DNA of 64,000 nucleotides from Candidatus Zixiibacteriota bacterium (GTDB lineage Bacteria > Zixibacteria > MSB-5A5 > GN15 > JAAZOE01): contig JBDREQ010000073.1 in the NCBI GenBank assembly GCA_043819555.1, positions 64,001-128,000 of the forward strand, read 5' to 3'. The position numbers and the translations under genes are program-made. Below the pieces are notes generated by a model that was not told where the DNA came from, ran no database searches, and was given only the letters and a program-made list of their open reading frames with translations. This document shows positions 1 to 9,228 of the stretch, in pieces (position 1 is the stretch's first letter; every line of letters starts with the position of its first letter).

Positions 1-2
1 GA

Positions 3-1820
3 AGAACAACGCCTTCGGTTGTTGCTTTTGACAAAAAAGGCGAGCGATTGGTTGGTGCAGTCGCAAAGCGCCAAGCCGTTACCAATCCTGAAAATACCGT
101 ATTTTCAATTAAGAGATTAATGGGCCGGGTATATGATGAAATTACTCAGGAATTGAAAAACTTCCCATACAAAGTAAAAAAGAACGGCAATGGCGAGCCG
201 CTGGTTATGCTGAACGGAAAAGAATATGCACCGCCTCAGATTTCAGCGATGGTGCTTTCTTATCTGAAGAAGGCTGCCGAAGATTATCTTGGACATGAAG
301 TCAAAGAGGCGGTTATTACCGTTCCGGCGTATTTTAACGATCGCCAGCGTCAGGCGACCAAGGATGCGGGGCGGATAGCGGGATTGGACGTTAAGAGAAT
401 TATCAACGAACCGACTGCCGCGGCTTTGGCTTATGGACTCGATAAAAAGAAATCAGGTAAAATCGCTGTTTATGACTTGGGCGGCGGTACATTTGATATT
501 TCAATTCTTGAACTTTCCGATGGAGTTTTTGAAGTCCTGTCAACCAATGGTGATACGCATCTGGGCGGTGATGATTTCGATAAACGAATCATCGATTGGC
601 TGGTTGCGGAATTCAAAAAAACCGATGGGATTGATTTGTCGAAAGACCCGATGGCATTGCAGCGGTTGAGAGAAGCGGCTGAAAAAGCAAAAATTGAATT
701 GTCATCGACACTTGAGACAAATATTAATCTGCCATTTGTAACCGCCGATTCGTCCGGCCCCAGACATTTGAATTTATCTCTTGGCCGGGCAAAATTCGAG
801 CAGTTGGTTGACGATTTGATTGAGCGGTCAATTACTCCGGTGAGAAAAGCTATTGAAGATGCTGGTGTTAATTTCTCTGATATCAATGACGTCGTTATGG
901 TCGGAGGTATGACCCGAATGCCCAAAGTCGTCGAACGGGTCAGTAAACTGTTTGGCAGAGAGCCGAATAGGGGAGTAAATCCGGATGAAGTTGTTGCCAT
1001 GGGTGCGGCTTTGCAGGGAGGTGTTTTAACCGGAGCTGTCAACGATTTGCTTCTTCTTGATGTTACACCCTTGTCGCTCGGAATTGAGACTCTGGGCGGT
1101 GTTGATACTGTAATTATCGAACGCAACACGACGATTCCGACAAAAAAATCACAGGTTTTCTCGACGGCGCAGGAAAACCAGCCTTCGGTTGAGGTGCATG
1201 TCCTCCAGGGTGAGCGCAAGATGGCCATCGATAATAAAACCATCGGGCGTTTTCATCTCGATGGGATTCCTCCCGCGCCGCGCGGTATGCCTCAGATTGA
1301 AGTGACTTTTGATATCAATGCCGACGGTATTCTTGAAGTTTCTGCTCAGGATAAAGGCACCGGCAAAAAGCAATCGGTGCGCATCGAGGCTTCATCGGGT
1401 TTGAACGAATCGGAAATCGAGAAAATGGTCAACGATGCCAAGTCGCATCAATCGGAAGACGAACAAAAGCATAAGAAAGTTCAGATTCGCAATGAGGCTG
1501 ACCAGGCGGTCTTTATGGCGGAGAAGAATCTTAAAGATATGGGTGACAAACTCGATGCTGACAACAAAGCCAAAATCGAAGCGGCCATATCCCGTGTGAA
1601 AGAGACTTTAAAAGGCGAAAACACCGACGAGATTAAATCGGCTTCAGACGATTTGACCGCCGCATGGCATGCCGCCGCGCAGAATATATATCAGCAACAG
1701 GCGCAGCAGCAGGGACCGCAATCAGGACCGGATATGAATCATGAGCAGGCTTCACAAACGCAATCTGCGGATGATAGCAATACTGTCGATGCCGACTACG
1801 AAGTAGTTGATGAAGAATAG
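3..1820 (+). CDS. dnaK: Chaperone DnaK (Hsp70), 5'-truncated by the window edge
   Basis: Frame open from base 3 (RTTPSVVAF...); Hsp70 motifs [32 protein letters not shown]; acidic C-terminus [10 protein letters not shown]. Confidence 0.98.
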   Translation, partial: RTTPSVVAFDKKGERLVGAVAKRQAVTNPENTVFSIKRLMGRVYDEITQELKNFPYKVKKNGNGEPLVMLNGKEYAPPQISAMVLSYLKKAAEDYLGHEVKEAVITVPAYFNDRQRQATKDAGRIAGLDVKRIINEPTAAALAYGLDKKKSGKIAVYDLGGGTFDISILELSDGVFEVLSTNGDTHLGGDDFDKRIIDWLVAEFKKTDGIDLSKDPMALQRLREAAEKAKIELSSTLETNINLPFVTADSSGPRHLNLSLGRAKFEQLVDDLIERSITPVRKAIEDAGVNFSDINDVVMVGGMTRMPKVVERVSKLFGREPNRGVNPDEVVAMGAALQGGVLTGAVNDLLLLDVTPLSLGIETLGGVDTVIIERNTTIPTKKSQVFSTAQENQPSVEVHVLQGERKMAIDNKTIGRFHLDGIPPAPRGMPQIEVTFDINADGILEVSAQDKGTGKKQSVRIEASSGLNESEIEKMVNDAKSHQSEDEQKHKKVQIRNEADQAVFMAEKNLKDMGDKLDADNKAKIEAAISRVKETLKGENTDEIKSASDDLTAAWHAAAQNIYQQQAQQQGPQSGPDMNHEQASQTQSADDSNTVDADYEVVDEE

Positions 1821-1863
1821 AGCATACTTTAACATAGATTGAGGGCATGAATTGCTCTCTGGT

Positions 1864-1891
1864 AAAGGGGCTTTTCAAAAAGCCCCTTTTT
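1864..1891 (+). terminator. Rho-independent terminator after dnaK
   Basis: AAAGGGGCTTT-TCAA-AAAGCCCCTTT hairpin followed by T-run. Confidence 0.75.
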
Positions 1892-1903
1892 GATAGCAAT
1901 TGT

Positions 1904-2020
1904 GTAGGTCGGGTTCCGAGCGAAGCGAGAAACCCGAAATTAGATTGCATAAAACAAAAGATTGACCCGAAGACAAAAGAGACATAGTTTCCTGTAAGTC
2001 GAAACCCCAGCGGTTTCGAC
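1904..2020 (+). repeat. Two REP-like hairpins (GTAG/GTAA + palindrome)
   Basis: GTAG-GTCGGGTT..CGAGCGAAGCGAG..AACCCGA from 1904 and GTAA-GTCGAAACC-CCAGC-GGTTTCGAC at 1994-2020. Confidence 0.55.
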
Positions 2021-2028
2021 AAAAAATT

Positions 2029-2616
2029 ATGAAGAAAGAACCGTTTGACATACTGGGCATCAGCAAAGACGCCGGTCAGGGCGAAATCAAATCCGCCTTC
2101 AGGCGATTGGCAAAAAAGTATCATCCCGATATTGTCGGCGGAACTGGTGAAAAATTCAAACGGATACTTCTGGCCTACGAACAAATCGCCGGGTACGCTC
2201 ATGGCGAAGGAGAAACGGTCGAGGATTTTGATTTTGAAGTCAATGTCAGGATAGATCGAAAGAGACAAATTCAGGATTTATTCGATGATTTCAAAGATGG
2301 CATGTTAACCTTTTTTGATATCGGCAAGCCTGAATTTTTGAACCTGTTTTTAGAATTGACTTCCGAACAAGCCTCAAGAGGAGGCAAAATAAAAGTCAAT
2401 CTCCCGCTGACGCGCAAATGTAAAAAATGTTATGGCTTTGGACAAATACTTTTTATAGCATGCAAAAAATGCGGCGGAAGTGGGGAAGAGGTATACAAAA
2501 AGAGTACTCTTTTGGAATTCCCGTCAGGAGTATCAAACGGAACGGCAGCCAAACAGCACATAGATAATCTGTTTCTGACGGTCGTGTTTAAGATAGTCGC
2601 TAAAGGAAAAGATTAA
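2029..2616 (+). CDS. Short DnaJ-family protein (J domain plus half zinc finger)
   Basis: N-terminal J domain with KKYHPD; only two CxxCxGxG motifs (CKKCYGFG, CKKCGGSG); truncated C-terminal domain. Confidence 0.8.
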   Translation: MKKEPFDILGISKDAGQGEIKSAFRRLAKKYHPDIVGGTGEKFKRILLAYEQIAGYAHGEGETVEDFDFEVNVRIDRKRQIQDLFDDFKDGMLTFFDIGKPEFLNLFLELTSEQASRGGKIKVNLPLTRKCKKCYGFGQILFIACKKCGGSGEEVYKKSTLLEFPSGVSNGTAAKQHIDNLFLTVVFKIVAKGKD

Positions 2617-2619
2617 TAG

Positions 2620-3771
2620 ATGGCCCGTGATTATTATAAAATTCTTGGTGTGGATGAAAACGCCAAAACCGATGAGATAAAGCGAAAATATCGAGAACTG
2701 GCCAAAAAATATCATCCCGATCACAATAAGGGCGACAAACAGGCCGAGGAAAAATTCAAAGAAATCTCGGGAGCCTACGATGTCCTCAAGGATGATAAAA
2801 AACGCCAGCAATACGATACCATGCGCAAATTCGGCGGATTCGATCCTCGTCAGGGAGGGGGAGGATTTCCCGGAGGGGGAGGGCGGTTTTATACCAACGG
2901 CGATTTCAGGCAGGCATTCGGCGGTAATTTTGACATGAACGATCTTTCCGGTCTGGGCGGTTTGGGCGATATCTTCAGTTCACTCTTCGGCGATAATATC
3001 CGCACCCGGGCGCGTCAACGCGGTCGCGGAGGTCCGCCTCCAAACGCTCCCCGCAAGGGCCGCGATATCCGCATCACAATGAAAATATCGGTTGAACAAT
3101 CGGCGACAGGCATTGCCAAAAAAATCAAAATGCATCTGCCGGAATCATGCTCGACCTGTTCGGCGACGGGATACGTTTCCGGAGGTGAACAAAGAGTATG
3201 CTCGCGCTGCAAAGGCACCGGGCAGGTGACGCATACGCAGGGAGCTTTCGCAATTTCACGGCCATGCCCATCGTGCCTCGGGCGAGGCGTTGAACCGGGA
3301 CAGATTTGCGGCCGATGCCGGGGAACAGGTGCGGTCAAAAAACGCAAAACGATTTCAGTCAAGATTCCTGCGGGAATCGAACACAACGGAACGGTGAGGC
3401 TCAAGGGCCTCGGATATCCGGGAAAAAACAGTGGCCCTCAGGGCGATTTAATCATAAAGGTCATAATTATGGACGATCAAAAATTCAAACGGGAAGGCAG
3501 TGATATTCATACTACGGTGGACATCAGTTTTCCTCAAGCGGCGCTGGGCGCCAAAGTACCGGTGCAGACGCTTTCCAAAAAAGTTATGCTCAACGTCCCC
3601 GCCGGAACTCAGCCGGGTTCGCTTCTCAGACTCCGAGGCGCGGGACTGAAAGTCGGTGACAAATCCGGCGATCTGTTCGTGACCGTCAATGTCAAAGTCC
3701 CCACCAATCTGACGGACAAACAAAAAGAGCTGTTGCAGGAATTTGAGGAATTGACTATGCAGGCGGCATAA
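2620..3771 (+). CDS. dnaJ: Chaperone DnaJ
   Basis: DYYKILGV, HPD, G/F-rich linker, four CxxC motifs, GDL and LGAKVPVQTL C-terminal domains. Confidence 0.95.
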   Translation: MARDYYKILGVDENAKTDEIKRKYRELAKKYHPDHNKGDKQAEEKFKEISGAYDVLKDDKKRQQYDTMRKFGGFDPRQGGGGFPGGGGRFYTNGDFRQAFGGNFDMNDLSGLGGLGDIFSSLFGDNIRTRARQRGRGGPPPNAPRKGRDIRITMKISVEQSATGIAKKIKMHLPESCSTCSATGYVSGGEQRVCSRCKGTGQVTHTQGAFAISRPCPSCLGRGVEPGQICGRCRGTGAVKKRKTISVKIPAGIEHNGTVRLKGLGYPGKNSGPQGDLIIKVIIMDDQKFKREGSDIHTTVDISFPQAALGAKVPVQTLSKKVMLNVPAGTQPGSLLRLRGAGLKVGDKSGDLFVTVNVKVPTNLTDKQKELLQEFEELTMQAA

Positions 3772-3891
3772 GCTGCAAATTGCATAAATTCAGAATTAGA
3801 TGGATATTTATATTACCGGTAATGGAAAATAGCTTGTATAGAGTAAACTTTAATCTTATACTTTTACATTTGATAGGAAGGAATATCCAAG

Positions 3892-5242
3892 TTGAATATT
3901 TACAGGTATAAGACGATAAGGGATTATCTGTTATATATTATACCATTGCGGAGAGCCGAAGCCTTTATTTTTATTATTGACGCTATATTATTTTTGTTAC
4001 TTTTGATATTCACTGATTTTGAAACACTTTTAAGTTATTCATTGAATGAAAATTGGATAGTTTTGCTGTTTTTTTGTTATGTTGGGTTTAAAGTTCTTTG
4101 GCGCATCTATAAGTTTTATCGTGTAATTTCAAAAATGTTTGGGGCCGACTATAAATTAACTATAGCAGAAACCGTTACTTTTTTCAGAAGAAATGCTTAT
4201 CAAATGGGAATGGAGTGCAGATTAGAAGACATTAAGCTATCATCAAATGACAAAAATAATGACTTTAAACTAGTGAAAATTACATGTGGCGACTCCATGG
4301 ATATAATAGCGCTTTCACGATTATTGAATTTCAAGCTTTGGGATGCTAAGGATTATAAAATCTCAATAAAAAAGAGCAGAACTAAAATCTTACGCAATAT
4401 TTTTAGAGAAAAATCTTATCATTATATTGAAATACTTAAGTACTATATACATGATGCACTCATAAATAAGAAACTGTTCCACAATGAGAAAAAACTCTGC
4501 ATCTCAGGTGATATATTTCACTCAACCGAATCAGTGATATGTCATCGTGGTTCATATTTTGATTCATACTTAACTAATGAATTATATACAAAAGCCATTT
4601 ATAGGGAAATCGGTTCTAAAAAGGATATGTTTTTGTGATGGTACAATGTACTATCCGATTTTAATTAATGAATATGGGATGCCGGAATTACAACCCTTAA
4701 GTCTTTCTCTCGTTGATAATCACATAGGCGTCTGTCTAGTGGCCATAACCCGTGATAATTATCTCCTTATTTGGGAGCAGCATAAACAAACGGTTATTTA
4801 TCCTGAATTTTTGGTTAGTTCTGCATCGGGATCTGTTGATTGGGGAGATCTAGATAAAAAAAATAAGAGCTTATTAAAGACTATTGAAAATGCAATGAAA
4901 AGAGAATTGGTTGAAGAAAATGAAATGAATAGTCCACCAGAAATATGTATCAAGGTAATTGGATTTTACCGACAATTATCCAGATGCGGAAAACCTGAAT
5001 TTATTGGGATTACAAGAATTAGAAATATGGACCGTTCTGATATTTCCCCCCTAGAGGGTATAGAACCATCTAATGATTTATCATTTGAGCTTTATGTGCC
5101 AACAATTGACCAATTGATTCTTTCTGTTAAAAACGCGTTGGAAAGTCCCAAGTTATCGCCATCTTTATCGGGGACTTTTTATTGCTTATATGAATATTTG
5201 ACAGGCCAAAAGAGCCAAGCAGAAAAATTATTGTATAAGTAA
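3892..5242 (+). pseudogene. Membrane-anchored Nudix-like protein split by a frameshift near 4618-4634 (or a sequencing indel)
   Basis: ORF 3892-4638 (two N-terminal hydrophobic segments) overlaps ORF 4577-5242 (SASGSVDW...AMKRELVEE Nudix-box-like, GKPEFIG); removing one base from the A5 (4618-4622) or T5 (4630-4634) run fuses them; visibly AT-rich. Confidence 0.6.
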
Positions 5243-5472
5243 TTTATATGTCAGAAGAAGGATAGTATCTCCGACTGAATGGCCCATCTCAAGAATAGGC
5301 GTACCGTTTTTTGAGGTGGATTCCCGCTTTGAAACGAATGCAATTATCCCACAAATCCATCGCAATTTAAGAAATCATCCGCATATTTATATTCCTGTGC
5401 CGTGCAGGTGTCCACACCTGCGCAGAAAAAAGGTCGGTCATCTACGCGACAGCTAAAAACAGGTTCCACCTA

Positions 5473-5514
5473 TTCCCCTCTTGAGAAGGGTGCCGCAAGC
5501 GGCGGGGTGTGTTA
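5473..5514 (+). repeat. CCCCTC-type palindromic element, copy 1
   Basis: TTCCCCTCTTGAGA..GCCGCAAGCGGC GGGGTGTGTTA; same ends as the copy at 20904-20954. Confidence 0.65.
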
Positions 5515-5652
5515 TTAATCACCATCGATTTGGTTACGAATAACCAAAAAAGACAGAGCAAAGCCAATTTGCTGTAAAGTACACGGCGATATAAACTAAG
5601 GCGGAATTTACAAAAACAGAGTGTGGATAACTCTTTCTTTTTGTATAAAATT

Positions 5653-5749
5653 TGTCATCGCGAGGAGGCCGAAGGCCGACGTGGCGATCTGTCCTCAGTC
5701 ATCCAAAGCCCACAGATTGCCACGCTCACTTTGTTCGCTCGCAATGACA
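5653..5749. repeat. GTCAT..ATGAC-bounded palindromic element (RPE-like)
   Basis: Terminal inverted repeat TGTCATCGCGAG / CTCGCAATGACA, inner CGTGGCGATCT / AGATTGCCACG and a GGCCGAAGGCC hairpin. Confidence 0.7.
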
Positions 5750-5767
5750 GTGATTGTTTTTAATTCT

Positions 5768-5859
5768 GTAGGGATGGAGCCCAGCGGGCTCCATCCAAAA
5801 AAGCCTTTCGACAACTCGAGAGATGTCGCTACACAACAAAGAGAATTGTCGAATCCTAC
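5768..5859. repeat. Inward-facing GTAG REP doublet (REPIN-like)
   Basis: GTAG-GGATGGAGCCC-AGC-GGGCTCCATCC (5768-5796, +) and TTCGACAA..TTGTCGAA-TC-CTAC (5807-5859, GTAG on -). Confidence 0.65.
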
Positions 5860-5909
5860 TGAAGCAAACAATCTTATACGTTTTTTGTATAATATTGTGG
5901 ATAAATATC

Positions 5910-5936
5910 GTAACTTGATTCAAAATGAAGGCGTCT
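5910..5936 (+). promoter_or_regulatory. Putative ECF-sigma autoregulatory promoter
   Basis: GTAAC-N17-CGTCT just upstream of the sigma ATG; matches the general ECF -35 AAC / -10 CGT pattern. Confidence 0.5.
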
Positions 5937-5945
5937 TAAGTACAG

Positions 5946-6503
5946 ATGGAGTTGATGAGAGAGAGTTTTTGGAAACTACTGGAACCGGACTATTTCCGAG
6001 CGATGATGTTCTGTCGAAAATTAATAGGCGATCGTGACGCGGGAGACGACCTGTATCAGGATGCTTTGATAAACGCCCTAAACGGTTTTTCAACACTGAA
6101 AGAGCAGTCCTCCTTCAGACCATGGCTTTATAGAATAATCGTCAATACATTTCACAGCGCCAACCGGCGGCCGTGGTGGAAACGAATGATTCCAATCACC
6201 TCCGAAATCGAAAACATCCCGGCAGGCACAAATCAATTCGATACCTTGACGGCAAAAAGATGGCTTCGACAATTATTCAAAGTATTAACAAAGGAACAGC
6301 AGGCGTTAGTTACTTTGCACGAACTTGAAGGATGGCCAATTAGTGAACTCGCCGAATTATTCGGCAACACCGAAGGGGCAATAAAAGCAAAATTGTTTCG
6401 GGCCAGAATTAAAATGAAAAGCGCACTTGCAAATATTGAAAAAAAACGGCGCCAAGAAATAAGAAGTTGGACACAACCGATAAACATGAGTTTACATCTT
6501 TAA
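5946..6503 (+). CDS. ECF RNA polymerase sigma-70 factor
   Basis: Region 2 (DDLYQDALI..FRPWLYRIIVN) and region 4 (LHELEGWPISELAELFGNTEGAIKAKLFRAR). Confidence 0.92.
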   Translation: MELMRESFWKLLEPDYFRAMMFCRKLIGDRDAGDDLYQDALINALNGFSTLKEQSSFRPWLYRIIVNTFHSANRRPWWKRMIPITSEIENIPAGTNQFDTLTAKRWLRQLFKVLTKEQQALVTLHELEGWPISELAELFGNTEGAIKAKLFRARIKMKSALANIEKKRRQEIRSWTQPINMSLHL

Positions 6504-6528
6504 AACTGTATTAAATTTGGATTATGTT

Positions 6529-7101
6529 ATGAGAAACAAAAAGAATAATAACAAATCAGAGCGGCAAGATAAAAAACTGAACAATATTATAGAGACCGCC
6601 AGTCGAGATGATTCTAAAAATATTATCTCGCTTTCAGATATGAAATCCAATATTGAAATCCGAACAAATGCGAAATCCAAACAAAAAGAGAAATCTAAAT
6701 TTAATTTTCTGATTTTTGCCCGAAAGCCAGCTTACTCAATAACTCTGGCAACGTTTACAATTATCCTGATAATCTCAGCAGCGCTTCCATTAAAATACAA
6801 AAAAACAATCGGATATGAAGTCGCCTTTTCCGGGGTGGATAGAAATCTGTATGACAATAACAATATATTCTGCGATTTACTGCAATATCTGGAGCTTTAC
6901 GACGCTGATATAGATTTCCAGGGGTGTCAATCATCCTGCAGTCTGGTGGTATTCGATTTGAAAACCGAAGAAGAGGCGATGATGGTGGTCTCGGCCTTTA
7001 CCCAAATCGACGCGGATAAGATGAAACCTCAAGTCATATCGATTCAAACAAATGAATCGAAAACACTATTAGATCATGCTAATGAGAAGCTTTTAAATTA
7101 A
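6529..7101 (+). CDS. Single-pass membrane protein, probable anti-sigma factor
   Basis: Directly downstream of the ECF sigma; cytoplasmic N-terminus, one TM segment (ITLATFTIILIISAALPL), extracytoplasmic domain with 3 Cys. Confidence 0.6.
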   Translation: MRNKKNNNKSERQDKKLNNIIETASRDDSKNIISLSDMKSNIEIRTNAKSKQKEKSKFNFLIFARKPAYSITLATFTIILIISAALPLKYKKTIGYEVAFSGVDRNLYDNNNIFCDLLQYLELYDADIDFQGCQSSCSLVVFDLKTEEEAMMVVSAFTQIDADKMKPQVISIQTNESKTLLDHANEKLLN

Positions 7102-7207
7102 ATATGTAAATCCTGAGCCGGCGCCGGCTTTTAACCCGATCACAGGTATTTGCGTTCGCACATAAACAACTCAAAAATATAAAAAGAGATCGGGTTATGT
7201 TTGGTCG

Positions 7208-7234
7208 GCAGGGCAGCATCCCAGCGATGCTGCC
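7208..7234 (+). repeat. REP-like hairpin (GGCAGCAT family), copy 1
   Basis: GCAG-GGCAGCATC-CCAGC-GATGCTGCC; related copy at 10521-10547. Confidence 0.55.
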
Positions 7235-7398
7235 AATATGCTGCATTGTTGAAAATTCATGCAATTCACCTGAAATTAAAACTATTTTTGACGATTTTAG
7301 TATAAAGAGAAAGACCAAATTCGGATTAAAAATACCGCCGGAAATAAATGGCTTTGACCGGATTTTCAGTTATATTGGCTCGCAAGGAGAATCGAGAT

Positions 7399-8112
7399 AT
7401 GAACAAGATGGCGACTCTGACAGGATTGTCTTTTTTGATAATAATGGCTGTTTCGGTTGTTGCTCAGCCTGATATGAAAATAGATGGTGAAACTTTTGAT
7501 TTTGGCTTTGTCCCTCAGCAGGCCAAAGTAGCCCATGTCTTCTGGTTGAAATCAATAGGTGATACGACCCTGTATATCAAAACGGTTAAGCCGTCCTGCG
7601 GATGCACCAAAGCTCCTCTTGAAAAAGAACTGGTTGAACCGGGGGATAGTTCCAGACTCGAAATAACTTTCAGCACACGCAAATATTCAGGAAACGTCAA
7701 TAAAGCGATCAAAATGACAACCAATGTAAATGATTCGGTTCAAAATATATATGTGAAGGCCAATGTCTTTACCGATCCGGTCGAATTGACGCCGCTATCG
7801 ATCGAGCCATATTCTATTGAAATTACTGAGGAGACTGTCGGTCCCAATGATGAAATCTCATTTTCAATAATCAATAATTCACAGTCTGATGTTCGGCTAA
7901 AACCGATTGAATGGGCCGGGCATTTATACGATATTGATATTCCCGAAGTTATTAAAGCCGGAGAAACACGGCAGGGCAAAGTTATTCTATTTGCCGAATC
8001 CTATACGAAATCATTTACCAAATCGATAACGATTGAACTTGATGACAAGGACAAAACCCGCTATACATTGCCCGTATCAAAGCAGACATTTTTCCAAAAA
8101 AAAACTCAGTAA
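7399..8112 (+). CDS. DUF1573 domain-containing exported protein
   Basis: RBS AAGGAG at 7384; signal peptide; FDFG..VKPSCGCT..VEPGDS motif typical of DUF1573. Confidence 0.8.
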   Translation: MNKMATLTGLSFLIIMAVSVVAQPDMKIDGETFDFGFVPQQAKVAHVFWLKSIGDTTLYIKTVKPSCGCTKAPLEKELVEPGDSSRLEITFSTRKYSGNVNKAIKMTTNVNDSVQNIYVKANVFTDPVELTPLSIEPYSIEITEETVGPNDEISFSIINNSQSDVRLKPIEWAGHLYDIDIPEVIKAGETRQGKVILFAESYTKSFTKSITIELDDKDKTRYTLPVSKQTFFQKKTQ

Positions 8113-8258
8113 AATAAATCGCAATACCGGCCGGGAATCGCCCCCCGGCTTTTCTTTTATCCTTTCCGCTTTACTTGATTTCCAAGCATCGACATTGTAT
8201 ATATAGGTTTAAAATTTGACAATTGATCTCGACTTTTAATTGGGCATAAGGCAATTAA

Positions 8259-9206
8259 ATGAACACAATTCTTGTAACCGGAGCGTTGGGTCAGATAGGA
8301 TCAGAATTAACTTCGGCGCTGAGAAAAAAATACGGCGAAAGCAGCGTTATCGCGACTGATATCCGGATGCCGTCGGATTTGAAACTGCGCGATTTGGGGA
8401 CTTTTGAAGTTCTTGATGTTACCGATGAGCATCATATCACACGCGTCATGCAACAGAACAAAGTGGACACCATTTATCATCTCGCCGCGATTCTTTCCGC
8501 GGTCGGAGAATCCCGGCCGGGAATCGCCTGGCAAGTCAATATGGGCGGATTATATAATATGCTTGAAGCGGCTCGGCAATATCATTGCAAGATGTTTTTC
8601 CCCAGTTCAATCGGAGCTTTCGGGCCGTCAACGCCCAAGAAAAATACGCCGCAAATGTCTGTTATGCGGCCGGAAACAATGTACGGTGTGACCAAGCTAT
8701 CGGGCGAACTTCTTTGTGATTATTATTTTCGGCGATTCGGAGTCGATACTCGCAGTCTGAGGTTTCCCGGATTAATTTCGTATGAAACCGAACCGGGCGG
8801 CGGGACAACCGATTATGCCGTTGAAATGTTTTTTGACGCAATCAAGCACAAAAAATATACCTGCTATTTGCGAGGAGATTCTTCTCTTGATATGATGTAC
8901 ATGTCGGACGCGATTAAATCGTTAATTGAACTTATGGAAGCTGATGGCGTGAAATTAATCAATCGAAACGCTTATAACATTACCGCGATGAGTTTGACTC
9001 CAGATATTCTTGCCAACGAAATTCGAAAAAATATACCCGAATTTGAAATCAAATATGAAATTGACCCAGTTAGGCAGAAAATTGCGGATTCATGGCCGGA
9101 TTCTATAGACGATTCTGTGGCACGGAAAGAATGGGGCTGGAAAAATGATTATGATCTACCCATGATGGTTGAGGATATGCTTGATAAAATCAAAAAGAAA
9201 ATTTAG
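8259..9206 (+). CDS. L-threonine 3-dehydrogenase (SDR/epimerase type)
   Basis: TGALGQIG, HLAAILSAVGE, YGVTK, PGGGTTDYAV, RQKIADSWP motifs; adjacent to kbl. Confidence 0.88.
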   Translation: MNTILVTGALGQIGSELTSALRKKYGESSVIATDIRMPSDLKLRDLGTFEVLDVTDEHHITRVMQQNKVDTIYHLAAILSAVGESRPGIAWQVNMGGLYNMLEAARQYHCKMFFPSSIGAFGPSTPKKNTPQMSVMRPETMYGVTKLSGELLCDYYFRRFGVDTRSLRFPGLISYETEPGGGTTDYAVEMFFDAIKHKKYTCYLRGDSSLDMMYMSDAIKSLIELMEADGVKLINRNAYNITAMSLTPDILANEIRKNIPEFEIKYEIDPVRQKIADSWPDSIDDSVARKEWGWKNDYDLPMMVEDMLDKIKKKI

Positions 9207-9228
9207 GATATGCAAGGAGATATTATAA

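Noticed and set aside
470..2268. Long antisense ORFs (470-1243, 1633-2268) and similar shadow ORFs opposite conserved genes throughout the window
   Set aside because: Opposite-strand shadows of well-supported genes, with no RBS or recognisable motifs
5243..5945. Replication origin
   Set aside because: Only two DnaA boxes, no dnaA/dnaN/gidA nearby, and no switch in gene orientation
5621..6037. 138-aa ORF in the ORF track
   Set aside because: Reads through palindromic repeats and overlaps the ECF sigma out of frame; likely spurious
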